Shown here piece after piece: positions 50,041 through 60,646 of a stretch of 64,000 bases of DNA; the stretch's first letter is position 1, and each line of letters opens with the position of its first letter. Under the pieces are notes generated by a model. That model made no database searches and had not been told where the DNA came from. It saw nothing but the letters and a program-made list of their open reading frames with translations. The DNA lies in the NCBI GenBank assembly GCA_036279515.1, contig DASUJA010000048.1, forward strand, positions 19,479-83,478, given 5' to 3'. The DNA is from Rhodocyclaceae bacterium. Lineage in GTDB: Bacteria > Pseudomonadota > Gammaproteobacteria > Burkholderiales > Rhodocyclaceae. Made by a program: the position numbers and the translations under genes.

Positions 50041-50892
50041 CTACTCCGTCATTTCTATTGCTTGCGGCTCAATGCCCTCAGCCTGCAAAAATCGATTGAA
50101 CAGTTCTTGCTCGGCCCTGTATGGTCCAGCCATGTGCTGGCTACGGAAAAATGCAGAGAGATAGCCGGCGACACCGTGGCAGAGATCGACGAGAACGTCC
50201 TCAACATGTCGCCGTGTCGCTTCACGGAAGGCATCGACCGACGCGTCAGAACTATGGTGGGTTTGGAAGAAATAGTTCACGCCGTACGGGGACCCATGCA
50301 CGATCTCCGAAGACACCGAATAGAGGTTTGCATATGCTCCGAGTAAGCGGCCTCCTGCCTTGCTACCCGCCAATTCCCCAATCCGTCTAATTCGGCTCGC
50401 GGTGTCCAGTACGCACCACTCCCGCGATGCCCCCTTGGCTAAGAACTCTGCGAACTCCGTCTGTGCTTCGTCATAGCAAGATTCGGATCGCAAGGTTAGT
50501 GAAAAATCGCCGTTTCCCACTGAACGATTGAATTCTCTCCATGACCGGTACTTAACCCAGCGAACTGCTCGCTCCGCGACCGTATCGTCTTCGACCACCA
50601 AATAGGCGGCATTGATGAACGACTCCACGGCGCTGCGGGCAATCGGATAGAGATCACGAACGGCAATTCCGCGCCAATCAGAGCACTTCAACACTGTATT
50701 CGTCGATTGTCCGGCACACATGGCGATGTGCTGCGAGGTCTTCTTCTTCGCCTCGCCCATTGAGCAAGAGAGTAACTCGCCTCGGAAAGTTGTCGGACCT
50801 TGCGTCCCAACAAACAGAGTGAGGTTAAGCAACTCCAGTTGCGATTGCAGGATCGACGACAGCAACTCAATCTTCTCGTTAACTTTAACCAT
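50041..50892 (-). CDS. Hypothetical protein, 283 aa (lower-GC islet; possibly DUF5677/Abi-like)
   Basis: About 52% GC. GAGGGA ribosome-binding site. No confident family match. Contains REATRRH (Rx5H), loosely HEPN-like. Confidence 0.5.
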   Translation of the reverse strand: MVKVNEKIELLSSILQSQLELLNLTLFVGTQGPTTFRGELLSCSMGEAKKKTSQHIAMCAGQSTNTVLKCSDWRGIAVRDLYPIARSAVESFINAAYLVVEDDTVAERAVRWVKYRSWREFNRSVGNGDFSLTLRSESCYDEAQTEFAEFLAKGASREWCVLDTASRIRRIGELAGSKAGGRLLGAYANLYSVSSEIVHGSPYGVNYFFQTHHSSDASVDAFREATRRHVEDVLVDLCHGVAGYLSAFFRSQHMAGPYRAEQELFNRFLQAEGIEPQAIEMTE

Positions 50893-51064
50893 CCAAGGTA
50901 TTCCCTCGTGAAGAGTTGCAGTGGCGTGGACACCAAACTATCGAGCTGGCTGGGAAAGTCCGGCCCCAGTTTCCTTGTTCGCGGCGGCCTAGTAATTGGC
51001 CGACCGCGCAGTTGGTCGGCGATGGATCGGCCGTTATGAATCGGTCACAACCTATGGCTTGTTG

Positions 51065-51913
51065 TTATGCGGGGGGGAGAGTCTTGGCGAGCTTCGCTAG
51101 CATCTTTTCATCCGATTTCACCCGGCGATCCAGTTTTTTCAGGTCTTCCTCGGCGGCAAGGTCTTCCGGCTTGATACCGCGTTGCCCCAGCATGTTGCGC
51201 ACGCTCTCGTTGTTCTTCACATGCTCATGCGTAATCGCGGGCTCCCCTCGCATACTGGCCTGCTCCACATTGTGATTGGTCATCTCCGTGGCGAGGTTTT
51301 TGGCGGCAATCGTCAGCGTGGGCAAAAAGTCCGCGAGCGGACGGCTTTTCACAATGCCGTATCTGTCCTTCATAGCCTGAGTCGTATGTCCGCCGAAAAG
51401 CGCTTCATCGCCTTTGGAACGGATGCGGCCAAAACCGGCATCGTCCACGCCGCGCTCGAAGATGTTTTGCGATAGCGTCTTTTCCGATTCCCTCAGCCGG
51501 TCGCGGGCTTCCATGCGCGCTTGCAGTCGCATGCGGTCTTCAACCAGTTCCTGCTTGCGGGTTTGCAGGGCAAAGTAACTCTGCGCAAAGGCGATTTCGG
51601 CTTTGCGCGGGTCCCCGTTCTGGGCGATCAGATAGCAGGCGTAACGGGTAAGCATGAAATCATCGATTTCACGTTCTCCGCCTTTGCCATGGACGATCAA
51701 TTTCGTGACGCCACGAAAATGATCGGAAACCCCATGGCCAGAGGTTTCGCAGGAGTCCATGGCGCGCTGGATGGCGGTTTGAAAATTCTCCCAGCGGACA
51801 TAACCCAGAGGGGCTTGCAGATCACGGGCGAACCAGAATTCGATGCCTTCCGCATCGGCGCGCTGCGCGGCGGCCTCAAGGTTGTGCTGCAAGGCTTGTA
51901 ACTGTTTATCCAT
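51065..51913 (-). CDS. dinD: DinD-like DNA-damage-inducible protein (BRO-N/KilA-N-type N-terminal domain)
   Basis: APLGYVRWENF and TRYACYLIAQNGDPRKAEIAFAQSYFALQTRKQEL closely match E. coli DinD. GGAGAC ribosome-binding site before ATG 51913. Confidence 0.75.
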   Translation of the reverse strand: MDKQLQALQHNLEAAAQRADAEGIEFWFARDLQAPLGYVRWENFQTAIQRAMDSCETSGHGVSDHFRGVTKLIVHGKGGEREIDDFMLTRYACYLIAQNGDPRKAEIAFAQSYFALQTRKQELVEDRMRLQARMEARDRLRESEKTLSQNIFERGVDDAGFGRIRSKGDEALFGGHTTQAMKDRYGIVKSRPLADFLPTLTIAAKNLATEMTNHNVEQASMRGEPAITHEHVKNNESVRNMLGQRGIKPEDLAAEEDLKKLDRRVKSDEKMLAKLAKTLPPA

Positions 51914-52180
51914 GACATGGTCTCCATTGCGCGAGTTCGATCCGGCTTTCCGTGGTTGCCATTTCACTGCCCCGAGATATGCAGATTGGAATTTTGTGGA
52001 CGGTGAAGTCTAGCAGTGACCACGATGGTATCGGCCAAGCCGCCGAATGGTGACAACGGCCGAGAAGCGGGATAGCGAATTTCCATCCCCGATCAGCGCA
52101 GTCGGGAAAGAGCGGGCATCGCCCGGTCAGGTCGAAGGTTCGCTAAGGGGGAGCCCAGCCGAAGCGAATCATTATTCCCC

Positions 52181-52936
52181 TCAGGCCGTCTTTCGGGACG
52201 GCCTTTTGTTTTTCTTCGCCTGCTCCGGTTCCTCCTGCTCCCGCAAGGACCCCCAGGTGTATTCGATATGCCGCCGCATGGCGGCGCGGGCTTCTTCGGG
52301 CTGGCGGCTCTTGATTGCCTGCCAGACAGCCAAGTGCTGTTCCATCAGATGGCCGGCAGTGATGCCTGCCTGGTCGTGCATGCGGGTGAGGTTGAGGGCG
52401 ATGTGTTCTCGCAGCATGCGGATCAGGCCGGCGTGCAGGAAGCGGAACATGCTGTTGTGGGATGCCTCGGCAATGGCTTCGTGGAAGTCAGCGTCGGCGC
52501 GGGCTTCTTCGCGGCGGTCACCGGCTTTGTAGGCCTTGGTGAGGCGCTTCACCACATCGCCGATGTTTTTCAGATCGGCCCGCGTCGCACGTTGGGCGGC
52601 GAAGTGGGCGGTGGCGCATTCCAGTTCCAGACGGAATTCCAAGGTGTCCCAACGGAGTTCCGGGTGATCGGCGACGAGTTGTCGCCAGGGTGATGCGAGG
52701 CCGGCTTGCAGTCGGTCGGTCACGTAGACGCCGCTGCCCTGGCGGCTCACCAGCATGTCGCGCGCGGCCAGACGGGAGATGGCTTCGCGCACCGTGGCGC
52801 GGGAGACGTTGAACTCTTCGGCCAGGGTTCGTTCTGCCGGAATCCGCATGCCGGGCGCCCAACTGCCGTCGAGCAGACGCTCCTCGAAGCGTTTTTGCAC
52901 TGCGTTAACTATCCCGGTTGTTCGGCTATTTGCCAT
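52181..52936 (-). CDS. GntR-family (FadR/FCD subfamily) regulator, LldR/PdhR-like
   Basis: N-terminal winged HTH (AERTLAEEFNVSRATVREAISRL) plus FCD domain. Divergent from the lut genes. Confidence 0.8.
   Translation of the reverse strand: MANSRTTGIVNAVQKRFEERLLDGSWAPGMRIPAERTLAEEFNVSRATVREAISRLAARDMLVSRQGSGVYVTDRLQAGLASPWRQLVADHPELRWDTLEFRLELECATAHFAAQRATRADLKNIGDVVKRLTKAYKAGDRREEARADADFHEAIAEASHNSMFRFLHAGLIRMLREHIALNLTRMHDQAGITAGHLMEQHLAVWQAIKSRQPEEARAAMRRHIEYTWGSLREQEEPEQAKKNKRPSRKTA
52183..52210 (+). terminator. Terminator-like hairpin with a plus-strand T-run, embedded in the 3' end of the GntR gene
   Basis: AGGCCGTCTTTCGGGACGGCCT followed by TTTGTTTTTC. On the minus strand the same bases encode ...KRPSRKTA*. 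Confidence 0.4.
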
Positions 52937-53085
52937 GGGTTCTCCTGTGGAAGTCTTGTGCCGCGCGGACTTTCATTCGCTCAAATAAATTGGTCAGACC
53001 AGTTTTGTCGGAACTTTAGATGTCTCCATTATTCGCGTCAATTTCCGGCCTGCCGTCCGCCTGCCGGATTCGATGGAGACATACG

Positions 53086-53865
53086 ATGGAATCCCGCTCA
53101 TATCCAGCAGCGCCTAAACAGGTCTATCTGTTCGGTACTTGCCTGATCGATCTGTTCGTGCCCGAAGCGGGCATGGACGCCTTGCGCGTGCTCGAACGCC
53201 TGGGCATCGAAGTGGATTTCCCCATGGGCCAAAGCTGCTGCGGCCAGCCCGCCTATACCAGCGGCAAGGAAGAATCCGCCCGCACCGTGGCTGCCGCGCA
53301 GATGGCTTTGTTCGGCGAAGATCGGCCCATTGTCGTGCCTTCCGGTTCCTGCGCCGGCATGATGCGCCACCACTGGCCGCGCCTGTTTGCCGACGATCCT
53401 GTGCTTGGCCCCCGCGCCCGTGAGATTGCCGAGCGCACCTTTGAACTGACGGAATTTCTGGTGGAAGTGCTCAAGGTGGATTTCGCCGCGCTCCAGCAGC
53501 AAAGCGCCAAGCCGGTGAAGGTGGCGCTGCATACCTCTTGCTCCGCCCGCCGCGAAATGGGCACCCGCGTCCATGGCCTCAAGCTGCTGGAACAACTGCC
53601 CGGCGTGGAGCTGGTGGAGCACAAGAACGAGTCCGAATGCTGCGGCTTCGGCGGCGTGTTCTCGCTCAAGCATCCGGAAATCTCGGGCGCCATGGTGGCC
53701 GACAAGACCGCTGCCGTTGAGGCCACCGGCTGCGACCAACTGGTTTCCGCCGACGTGGGTTGCCTCTGCAACATTGGCCATGCCGCCGAACATCAGGGCA
53801 AGAAACTCAAGGTGGAACATTTGGCGAGCTTCCTCGCCCGCCGTATTTGCGGAGGTGAAGCATGA
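53086..53865 (+). CDS. lutA: Lactate utilization protein A (LutA/YkgE/LldE; CCG-domain Fe-S oxidoreductase subunit)
   Basis: VYLFGTCLIDLF. Two CCG motifs (SCCGQPAYTSG, CCGFGGVF). GGAGAC ribosome-binding site. Confidence 0.85.
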   Translation: MESRSYPAAPKQVYLFGTCLIDLFVPEAGMDALRVLERLGIEVDFPMGQSCCGQPAYTSGKEESARTVAAAQMALFGEDRPIVVPSGSCAGMMRHHWPRLFADDPVLGPRAREIAERTFELTEFLVEVLKVDFAALQQQSAKPVKVALHTSCSARREMGTRVHGLKLLEQLPGVELVEHKNESECCGFGGVFSLKHPEISGAMVADKTAAVEATGCDQLVSADVGCLCNIGHAAEHQGKKLKVEHLASFLARRICGGEA

Positions 53866-54548
53866 GTGCTCGCGACAACATCCTTGCCAAGCTCCGTTCC
53901 GCTCTGGCCAAGGGCGACAACGATATCGCCATGCCGCCGGTGCAGGACTACTACGCGACCTTGCCGTCCCAGGATCGGGCAGCGCGCGTCAAGCTACTGC
54001 GTAGTTTGCTGGAAGTCTCCCACGCGGAAGTGATCGTCGCCGGCGCTTCCGCATGGCCGGCCTTGGTGGCCGCACGTCTGGGCGAACTGGGCGTGCGCCG
54101 CCTTGCCCTCACCCTTGCTGCGCCTGAGTCCGCGCAGCTTTCCCAAGCCCTGGAAGGCAAGGTGACTGTGGTGCCCTTCGACCGTTCCATCGATGCCTGG
54201 AAGCAGGACCTCTTCGACACTGTGGACGCGGGCTTCACCGTGGCCGATAGCGCCATCGCTGCCACCGGCACGTTGATCCTCAAATCTTCTCCCGACTTGC
54301 CTCGCAGCCTGTCCCTGGTGCCGCCTCTGCACGTGGCGCTGGTGCGGGCCGAAAACATTCACGATCACATGTTCGCTGCCGCTGCCGCCGAGCAATGGGC
54401 CGACGGCCTTCCGACCAATCTGGTCATGGTGTCCGGCCCTTCCAAGACTTCCGACATTCAGCAGACCCTCGCCTATGGGGCTCACGGCCCGAAGCAGATG
54501 CTGGTGGTGATCGTCCATGAAGGCGCGAATATGGGAGCGGCGGCATGA
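53862..54548 (+). CDS. lutC: Lactate utilization protein C (LutC/YkgG; LUD domain)
   Basis: LUD-domain pattern (AIAATGTLIL..., LHVALVRAENI). 4-bp overlaps on both sides. Confidence 0.75.
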   Translation: MSARDNILAKLRSALAKGDNDIAMPPVQDYYATLPSQDRAARVKLLRSLLEVSHAEVIVAGASAWPALVAARLGELGVRRLALTLAAPESAQLSQALEGKVTVVPFDRSIDAWKQDLFDTVDAGFTVADSAIAATGTLILKSSPDLPRSLSLVPPLHVALVRAENIHDHMFAAAAAEQWADGLPTNLVMVSGPSKTSDIQQTLAYGAHGPKQMLVVIVHEGANMGAAA

Positions 54549-56002
54549 GCGGTCAAACCCTGCACTTCGTTCCCTCGGTGGATTTCAAGGCCCGCTCCCG
54601 CGAAGCCTTGCAGGACGCCAAGCTGCGCCAGAACTTCCGTGGCGCCATGGATTTCCTGCGTGGCAAGCGCAGCGCCCAGTTCCCCGACGAAAACGAACTG
54701 GAAGCCCTGCGCGATCTGGGCGAAGCCATTCGCAAGAACGCCCTGCGCAAGCTGCCGCAATTGCTGGAAACCCTGGAAGCCAAGCTCACCGCCAACGGTG
54801 TGAAAGTGCACTGGGCCGAAACGGCGGAAGAAGCCAACGCCATCATCCACGGCATCGCTCAATCGCGCCGCGCCAAGTCGGTGATCAAGGGCAAGTCCAT
54901 GGCCAGCGAGGAGATCGAACTCAACGATTACCTCGGCGAGCGCGGCATCACCTGCATCGAGTCGGACATGGGCGAATACGTGGTGCAACTGGCCCACGAA
55001 AAGCCCTCCCACATCGTCATGCCGGCGATCCACAAAACCAAGGTGGACATCGCCGAGCTGTTCCATGAAGAGATCCCCAACACGCCCTACACCGAGGACG
55101 TGGACGAGCTGATCCAGATCGGCCGCAAGACCCTGCGCCAGATGTTCGCCCAGGCGGACGTGGGCCTCTCTGGCGTCAACTTCGCCATCGCCGAAACCGG
55201 CACGATGTGGCTGGTGGAAAACGAAGGCAATGGCCGCCTTTCCACCACCATCCCCGACACGCACATCGCCATCATGGGCATCGAGAAGGTGGTGGAAAAG
55301 CTGGAGCACGTGATCCCCCTCGCCAGCCTGCTCACCCGCTCCGCCACGGGCCAGGCCATCACCACCTACTTCAACCTGATCTCCGGCCCCCGCCGCAACG
55401 GCGAGCTGGACGGCCCCACCGAAGTCCATCTGGTGCTGCTGGACAATGGTCGCACCCAGGCCTACGCCGACGAGCAACTGCGCGCCACGCTCCAGTGCAT
55501 CCGCTGCGGTGCCTGCATGAACCACTGCCCCGTGTACGCCCGCCTGGGCGGCCACGCCTACGGCACGGTCTATCCCGGTCCCATCGGTCAGATCATTTCG
55601 CCCCACCTGCTGGGCCTCGACAACACCCGCGATCTGCCTACGGCGTCCAGCCTGTGCGGCGCTTGCGCCGAAGTGTGTCCGGTGCGCATCCCCATTCCGC
55701 AATTGCTGATCCGTCTGCGCACGGAAGCCGAGCGCAATCCCGGCGAAGCGGTGGAGCATCGCCTGCAAGGCCAAGGCGCCGGCTACACCTTGGGACAGCA
55801 TTTGGTCTGGCAATTCTGGACCGGCGCCTACGCTCATCCCGCAATGCACCGCGCCTTCCGCTGGCTCGCCACGCGCCTGCGCAACTTCACGCCGAAAAAA
55901 CAAATGGGTTGGACGCGCTTCCGCACGCCTTTGAAACCAGCGCCCAAGAGTCTTCACGAGTTGATTGCCAATCGGCAAAAGCGACCCTGGAAAGCCCTAT
56001 GA
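54545..56002 (+). CDS. lutB: Lactate utilization protein B (LutB/YkgF; LUD domain + 4Fe-4S)
   Basis: LUD domain plus ferredoxin motifs CIRCGACMNHCPV and CGACAEVCPV. Confidence 0.85.
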   Translation: MSGQTLHFVPSVDFKARSREALQDAKLRQNFRGAMDFLRGKRSAQFPDENELEALRDLGEAIRKNALRKLPQLLETLEAKLTANGVKVHWAETAEEANAIIHGIAQSRRAKSVIKGKSMASEEIELNDYLGERGITCIESDMGEYVVQLAHEKPSHIVMPAIHKTKVDIAELFHEEIPNTPYTEDVDELIQIGRKTLRQMFAQADVGLSGVNFAIAETGTMWLVENEGNGRLSTTIPDTHIAIMGIEKVVEKLEHVIPLASLLTRSATGQAITTYFNLISGPRRNGELDGPTEVHLVLLDNGRTQAYADEQLRATLQCIRCGACMNHCPVYARLGGHAYGTVYPGPIGQIISPHLLGLDNTRDLPTASSLCGACAEVCPVRIPIPQLLIRLRTEAERNPGEAVEHRLQGQGAGYTLGQHLVWQFWTGAYAHPAMHRAFRWLATRLRNFTPKKQMGWTRFRTPLKPAPKSLHELIANRQKRPWKAL

Positions 56003-58857
56003 ACGATTTGATTTCCGCCCTGCGGAAAATCCTTCCTGCGCCCCAAGTCATCACCGACGAGCTGCGGCGCCTCGCCTGGGGCACTGACGCCAGCTTCTAT
56101 CGCCTGGTGCCGCAAGTGGTCGCCCTGGTGGAGAACGAAGCCGAGGTCATCGCCGTGCTGGACGTGGCGCGGCGCTTCGCCATGCACCTGACTTTCCGCG
56201 CTGCCGGCACCAGCCTCTCCGGTCAGGCCGTGACCGACGGCATCCTGGTGCTGATCGGCGAAGGCTTTGCCACCTGCGAAATCGCCGCCGATCACCAGAG
56301 CGTGTGCCTCGGTCCCGGCATTGTCGGCGGCGAGGTGAATCGTCGTCTCGCGCCTCTCGGTTGCAAGATCGGCCCAGACCCGGCTTCCATCGCCACCTGC
56401 AAGATCGGCGGCATCGCCGCCAACAACGCTTCCGGCATGTGCTGCGGCACGGCCCAGAACAGCTATCGCACCCTGCTCGGTCTGCGCGTGGTGTTTGCCG
56501 ACGGCGCCGTGCTGGATACGGAGGACGCCGCCAGTATCGCCGCCTTTCGCCGAAGCCATGCCGAACTGCTGGCCGAGGTGGATGCCATCGCCCGCGCCGC
56601 GCGTGAAGATGCCGAGATGGCCGCCCTGATCCGGCGCAAGTACAAGATCAAGAACACCACGGGCTACAGCCTCAACGCCCTGGTGGATTTCGCGGACCCC
56701 ATCGACATCCTCGCCCACCTGATGATCGGCTCCGAAGGCACGCTGGGTTTCATCTCCCGCATCACTTACCGCACGGTGCCTGAGCACGCCCACAAGGCCA
56801 GCGCCCTGGTGTTCTTCCCGGACATCGCCTCGGCCTGCCAAGCGGTGATCGAGCTGAAGAAGCTCCCCGTGTCAGCGGTGGAAATCCTCGACCGGGCTTC
56901 CCTGCGCTCCGTGGAAAACAAGGCCGGTCTGCCTGCGGTCATCAAGACCTTGGGCGCGGGCGCTTCGGCCCTGCTGATCGAAGTGCGGGCGGAAGACGCG
57001 GAACAATTGCAGTCCCTGGCAAGCCAGGTGCTGTCTGCCTTGGCGGCCTTCGAAACCGTAGAAGCCGCCCGCTTCTCCACGGACCCTGCCGAGTGCGAAG
57101 TATTCTGGAACGTCCGCAAAGGCACCTTCCCCAGCGTCGGTGCCGTGCGCAAAACCGGCACCACGGTGATCATCGAAGACGTGGCCTTCCCGGTGGAGCG
57201 TTTGGCCGAGGCGACGCTGGATCTGCAAGCCCTGTTGCACAAGCACGGCTACGACGAAGCCATCATCTTCGGCCACGCGCTTGAAGGCAATCTGCACTTC
57301 GTCTTCACTCAGGATTTCGGCATCGAAGCCGAGGTGCTGCGCTATCAGCGTTTCATGGACGACGTGGCGCAACTGGTGGCCGGAAAGTACGAAGGTTCCC
57401 TCAAGGCCGAGCACGGCACGGGCCGCAACATGGCGCCCTTCGTGGAACTGGAGTGGGGCAGGGAAGCGACGCAACTGATGCGCCGCATCAAGGCCGCCTT
57501 CGATCCCTTGGGACTGCTGAATCCCGGCGTGATCCTCAACGACAACCCTCACGCCCACCTGGAAAACCTCAAGCCGCTGCCCGCTGCCAACGGGCTGGTG
57601 GATAAGTGCATCGAGTGCGGCTTCTGCGAGCCCCAGTGTCCGTCCCATCGGTTGACCTTGTCGCCCCGTCAGCGCATCACCAGCTGGCGCGAGCTGTCAC
57701 GGCGCGACCGGGCCGGCGAAGCGGTCGGCAGCGTGGGCGACGACTATCTCTACATGGGCATGGATACCTGCGCTGGATGTGGTCTGTGCTCCACCGCTTG
57801 CCCGGTGGGCATCGACACCGGCGGCTTGATCCGCGAACTGCGGGGCGAGCGGCAGGGTGCCGTCGCCAAGGCTGTGGGCGGCTTCGTGGCGGAGCATTTC
57901 GGTATGGTGGCCGGTGCTGCGCGGACTGCCCTCAAGCTCGGCCATGCGGCGGCCTCTGTGATGGGGGATGGGTTTGTGGAGTGGGTCAGTGGTGGCGCTT
58001 GGCGGAAGGGCATGCCGGAGGCTGCGGTTCGCATCGAAGCTCAACTCGCCACCGTTCGCCCTGAGGTATCGAAGGGTGAGCGAACGGGGACCGCATCGGG
58101 GCTTCGATACCTCAGCCCGAACGGAGCCAACACCGCGCGTACAGCCGACCCCATCATCTACTTCCCCACCTGCGCCAACCGCATCTTCGGCGGCGCGGTG
58201 GAAGGCGAAGTCAGCTTGCCCGAAACCATCACCACCCTCCTGCACCGTGGCGGCTACGAAGCCCGCCTGCCCGAAGACTTCAACAACCTCTGCTGCGGCC
58301 AATCCCTCGCCAGCAAAGGCCTGACCGAAGCCGCCGACGCATCCTCCGCCAAGCTGGAGGCCGCGTTGATGGCCGCCAGCGAAGGTGGCAAGTATCCGGT
58401 GGTGATGGACGCCAGTCCCTGCGCCGCCCGCATGAAGGAAAAACTCAAGGACAGGCTGCGCGTGCTCGATTTCCCCGAGTTCGCCGAAGCAGCCCTGTTG
58501 CCCCGCCTGCGCATTCAGAAGCAGCCCGGCCCCGTCGCACTGCATCTGAATTGCAGCGCCCGCCGCCAAGGCGAGGAAGCGGTCATGCACCGCCTGGCCT
58601 CCGCCTGCGCCGAACAAGTGGTCGTGCCGGCATCCGTGAAGTGCTGCGGCTTCGGCGGCGATCGGGGTTTCGCCGTGCCGGAATTGAATACCCACGCCCT
58701 GCGCCACATTCATGAAGAGCTGCCCAGCGACTGTGGCTGCGGCGTGTCTTCCAACCGTACCTGTGAACTGGGGCTCACCGCCGAAACGGGCCGCCCCTAC
58801 CGTTCCATTGCCTGGCTGCTGGAGCTTTGCAGCCGAGATACGCAGGGGTGCGTATGA
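55999..58857 (+). CDS. FAD-binding (PCMH-type) plus Fe-S/CCG-domain dehydrogenase, YdiJ/Dld-like (D-lactate or D-2-hydroxyacid)
   Basis: ATG 55999 overlaps the lutB stop (ATGA). FAD domain (RAAGTSLSGQAV). CIECGFCEPQCPS and CAGCGLCSTACPV. Two CCG clusters (CCGQS, CCGFGG). 952 aa. Confidence 0.85.
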   Translation: MNDLISALRKILPAPQVITDELRRLAWGTDASFYRLVPQVVALVENEAEVIAVLDVARRFAMHLTFRAAGTSLSGQAVTDGILVLIGEGFATCEIAADHQSVCLGPGIVGGEVNRRLAPLGCKIGPDPASIATCKIGGIAANNASGMCCGTAQNSYRTLLGLRVVFADGAVLDTEDAASIAAFRRSHAELLAEVDAIARAAREDAEMAALIRRKYKIKNTTGYSLNALVDFADPIDILAHLMIGSEGTLGFISRITYRTVPEHAHKASALVFFPDIASACQAVIELKKLPVSAVEILDRASLRSVENKAGLPAVIKTLGAGASALLIEVRAEDAEQLQSLASQVLSALAAFETVEAARFSTDPAECEVFWNVRKGTFPSVGAVRKTGTTVIIEDVAFPVERLAEATLDLQALLHKHGYDEAIIFGHALEGNLHFVFTQDFGIEAEVLRYQRFMDDVAQLVAGKYEGSLKAEHGTGRNMAPFVELEWGREATQLMRRIKAAFDPLGLLNPGVILNDNPHAHLENLKPLPAANGLVDKCIECGFCEPQCPSHRLTLSPRQRITSWRELSRRDRAGEAVGSVGDDYLYMGMDTCAGCGLCSTACPVGIDTGGLIRELRGERQGAVAKAVGGFVAEHFGMVAGAARTALKLGHAAASVMGDGFVEWVSGGAWRKGMPEAAVRIEAQLATVRPEVSKGERTGTASGLRYLSPNGANTARTADPIIYFPTCANRIFGGAVEGEVSLPETITTLLHRGGYEARLPEDFNNLCCGQSLASKGLTEAADASSAKLEAALMAASEGGKYPVVMDASPCAARMKEKLKDRLRVLDFPEFAEAALLPRLRIQKQPGPVALHLNCSARRQGEEAVMHRLASACAEQVVVPASVKCCGFGGDRGFAVPELNTHALRHIHEELPSDCGCGVSSNRTCELGLTAETGRPYRSIAWLLELCSRDTQGCV

Positions 58858-58919
58858 GTCGTCTTTCGATGTTTTTCCCGTTGTCAGACCAAACCTAGAT
58901 CCGAGAGGAGAACAACGCC

Positions 58920-60572
58920 ATGCAACCTTGGCTGCAAGTCTACGATCCGCTGGGCAACCTCTGGTTGTCCTCGTTGATCGCTGTATTACCCATCGCCTTC
59001 TTTTTCTTCGCGCTGACGGTGCTGCGCCTGAAAGGGCATATCGCCAGCACCATCACGGTCGCCATTGCACTGGCCGTGGCGGTGTTCTTCTACAAGATGC
59101 CGGTGGAAATGGCGCTCGCTTCGGCAGGCTTCGGCTTTGCCTACGGCTTGTGGCCCATCGCGTGGATCATCCTCGCGGCGGTGTTCCTCTACAAGGTGAC
59201 GGTGAAGACCGGCCAGTTTGAGATCATCCGTGCGTCCGTGGTGTCCATCACCGACGACCAGCGCTTGCAGATGCTGCTGGTGGGCTTCTCCTTCGGTGCC
59301 TTCCTGGAAGGTGCGGCGGGCTTTGGTGCGCCGGTGGCCATCACCGCTGCCCTGCTGGTGGGCCTGGGCTTTAATCCGCTCTACGCCGCCGGTCTGTGCC
59401 TGATCGCCAACACCGCTCCCGTAGCCTTCGGCGCCATGGGTATCCCCATCACCGTGGCCGGTCAGGTCACGGGCATCGACGCCTTCAAGATCGGCCAGAT
59501 GGCCGGTCGCCAGCTGCCCTTGCTGTCCATCATCGTGCCCTTCTGGCTGGTGATGATCATGGACGGCGTGCGCGGCGTGAAAGAAACCTGGCCCGCCATC
59601 CTGGTGGCCGGCGTGTCCTTTGCCATCACCCAGTTCTTCACCGCCAACTTCGTCGGACCCGAGCTGCCGGACATCACCTCCGCCCTGGTCAGCCTGATCT
59701 GTCTGGCAACCTTCCTCAAGTTCTGGAAGCCGAAGCGCATCTTCCGCTTTGACGACAAGCACCATCCAGAAGTGGGCGAGGACGACAAGCACACCACGGC
59801 TCAAGTTTTCAAAGCCTGGTCGCCCTTCGTCATCCTCACCATCATGGTCACCCTCTGGAGCCTGAAGCCCTTCAAGGCCCTGTTCGGCAAGGGCGGCGCC
59901 CTGGAAGGCACCATCCTCAAGTTCTCCGTGCCCATGCTGGACAAGCTGGTGATCAAGGTGCAGCCCATCGTCACTGCGGTAAAGCCTTACGAGGCGCTCT
60001 ACAAGCTGGACCTGCTGTCCGCCACCGGCACCGCCATCTTCATCGCCGCGATCCTGTCCATGATCGTGCTGAAGATGAAGCCCCTGGAAGGCATCAAGGC
60101 ACTGGGCGAAACTGTGTCCGAACTGAAGCGTCCCATCTATTCCATTGGCATGGTGTTGGCCTTCGCCTTCGTCGCCAACTACTCGGGCCTGTCTTCCACT
60201 CTGGCGCTGTTGCTGGCCGGTACCGGCGTGCTGTTCCCCTTCTTCTCGCCCTTCCTGGGCTGGATGGGGGTGTTCCTCACCGGCTCCGATACCTCGTCCA
60301 ACGCCTTGTTCTGCTCGCTACAATCCACCACCGCTCAGCAGATCGGCGTGAACGACACGCTGTTGGTGGCGGCCAATACCACGGGCGGCGTGACAGGCAA
60401 GATGATCTCTCCCCAATCCATGGCCGTGGCTTGCGCCGCAGTCGGCATAGTGGGCAAGGAGTCCGACCTGTTCCGCTTTACCGTGAAGCACAGCCTGTTG
60501 TTTGCCACCCTGGTGGGTTTCATCACCATGGCTCAGGCCTACATCTTCACCGGCATGTTGGTAGCGCATTGA
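58920..60572 (+). CDS. lldP: L-lactate permease (LctP family)
   Basis: GAGAGGAG ribosome-binding site. About 14 TM segments. [17 protein letters not shown] is a typical LctP pattern. Confidence 0.9.
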   Translation: MQPWLQVYDPLGNLWLSSLIAVLPIAFFFFALTVLRLKGHIASTITVAIALAVAVFFYKMPVEMALASAGFGFAYGLWPIAWIILAAVFLYKVTVKTGQFEIIRASVVSITDDQRLQMLLVGFSFGAFLEGAAGFGAPVAITAALLVGLGFNPLYAAGLCLIANTAPVAFGAMGIPITVAGQVTGIDAFKIGQMAGRQLPLLSIIVPFWLVMIMDGVRGVKETWPAILVAGVSFAITQFFTANFVGPELPDITSALVSLICLATFLKFWKPKRIFRFDDKHHPEVGEDDKHTTAQVFKAWSPFVILTIMVTLWSLKPFKALFGKGGALEGTILKFSVPMLDKLVIKVQPIVTAVKPYEALYKLDLLSATGTAIFIAAILSMIVLKMKPLEGIKALGETVSELKRPIYSIGMVLAFAFVANYSGLSSTLALLLAGTGVLFPFFSPFLGWMGVFLTGSDTSSNALFCSLQSTTAQQIGVNDTLLVAANTTGGVTGKMISPQSMAVACAAVGIVGKESDLFRFTVKHSLLFATLVGFITMAQAYIFTGMLVAH

Positions 60573-60646
60573 AGGGACGCCCGCCTTGCTCTACAAATAC
60601 GGAATTGGGCGGGCGTCTCCTTGCCGCATGAAGAGGGATTTAGAAC

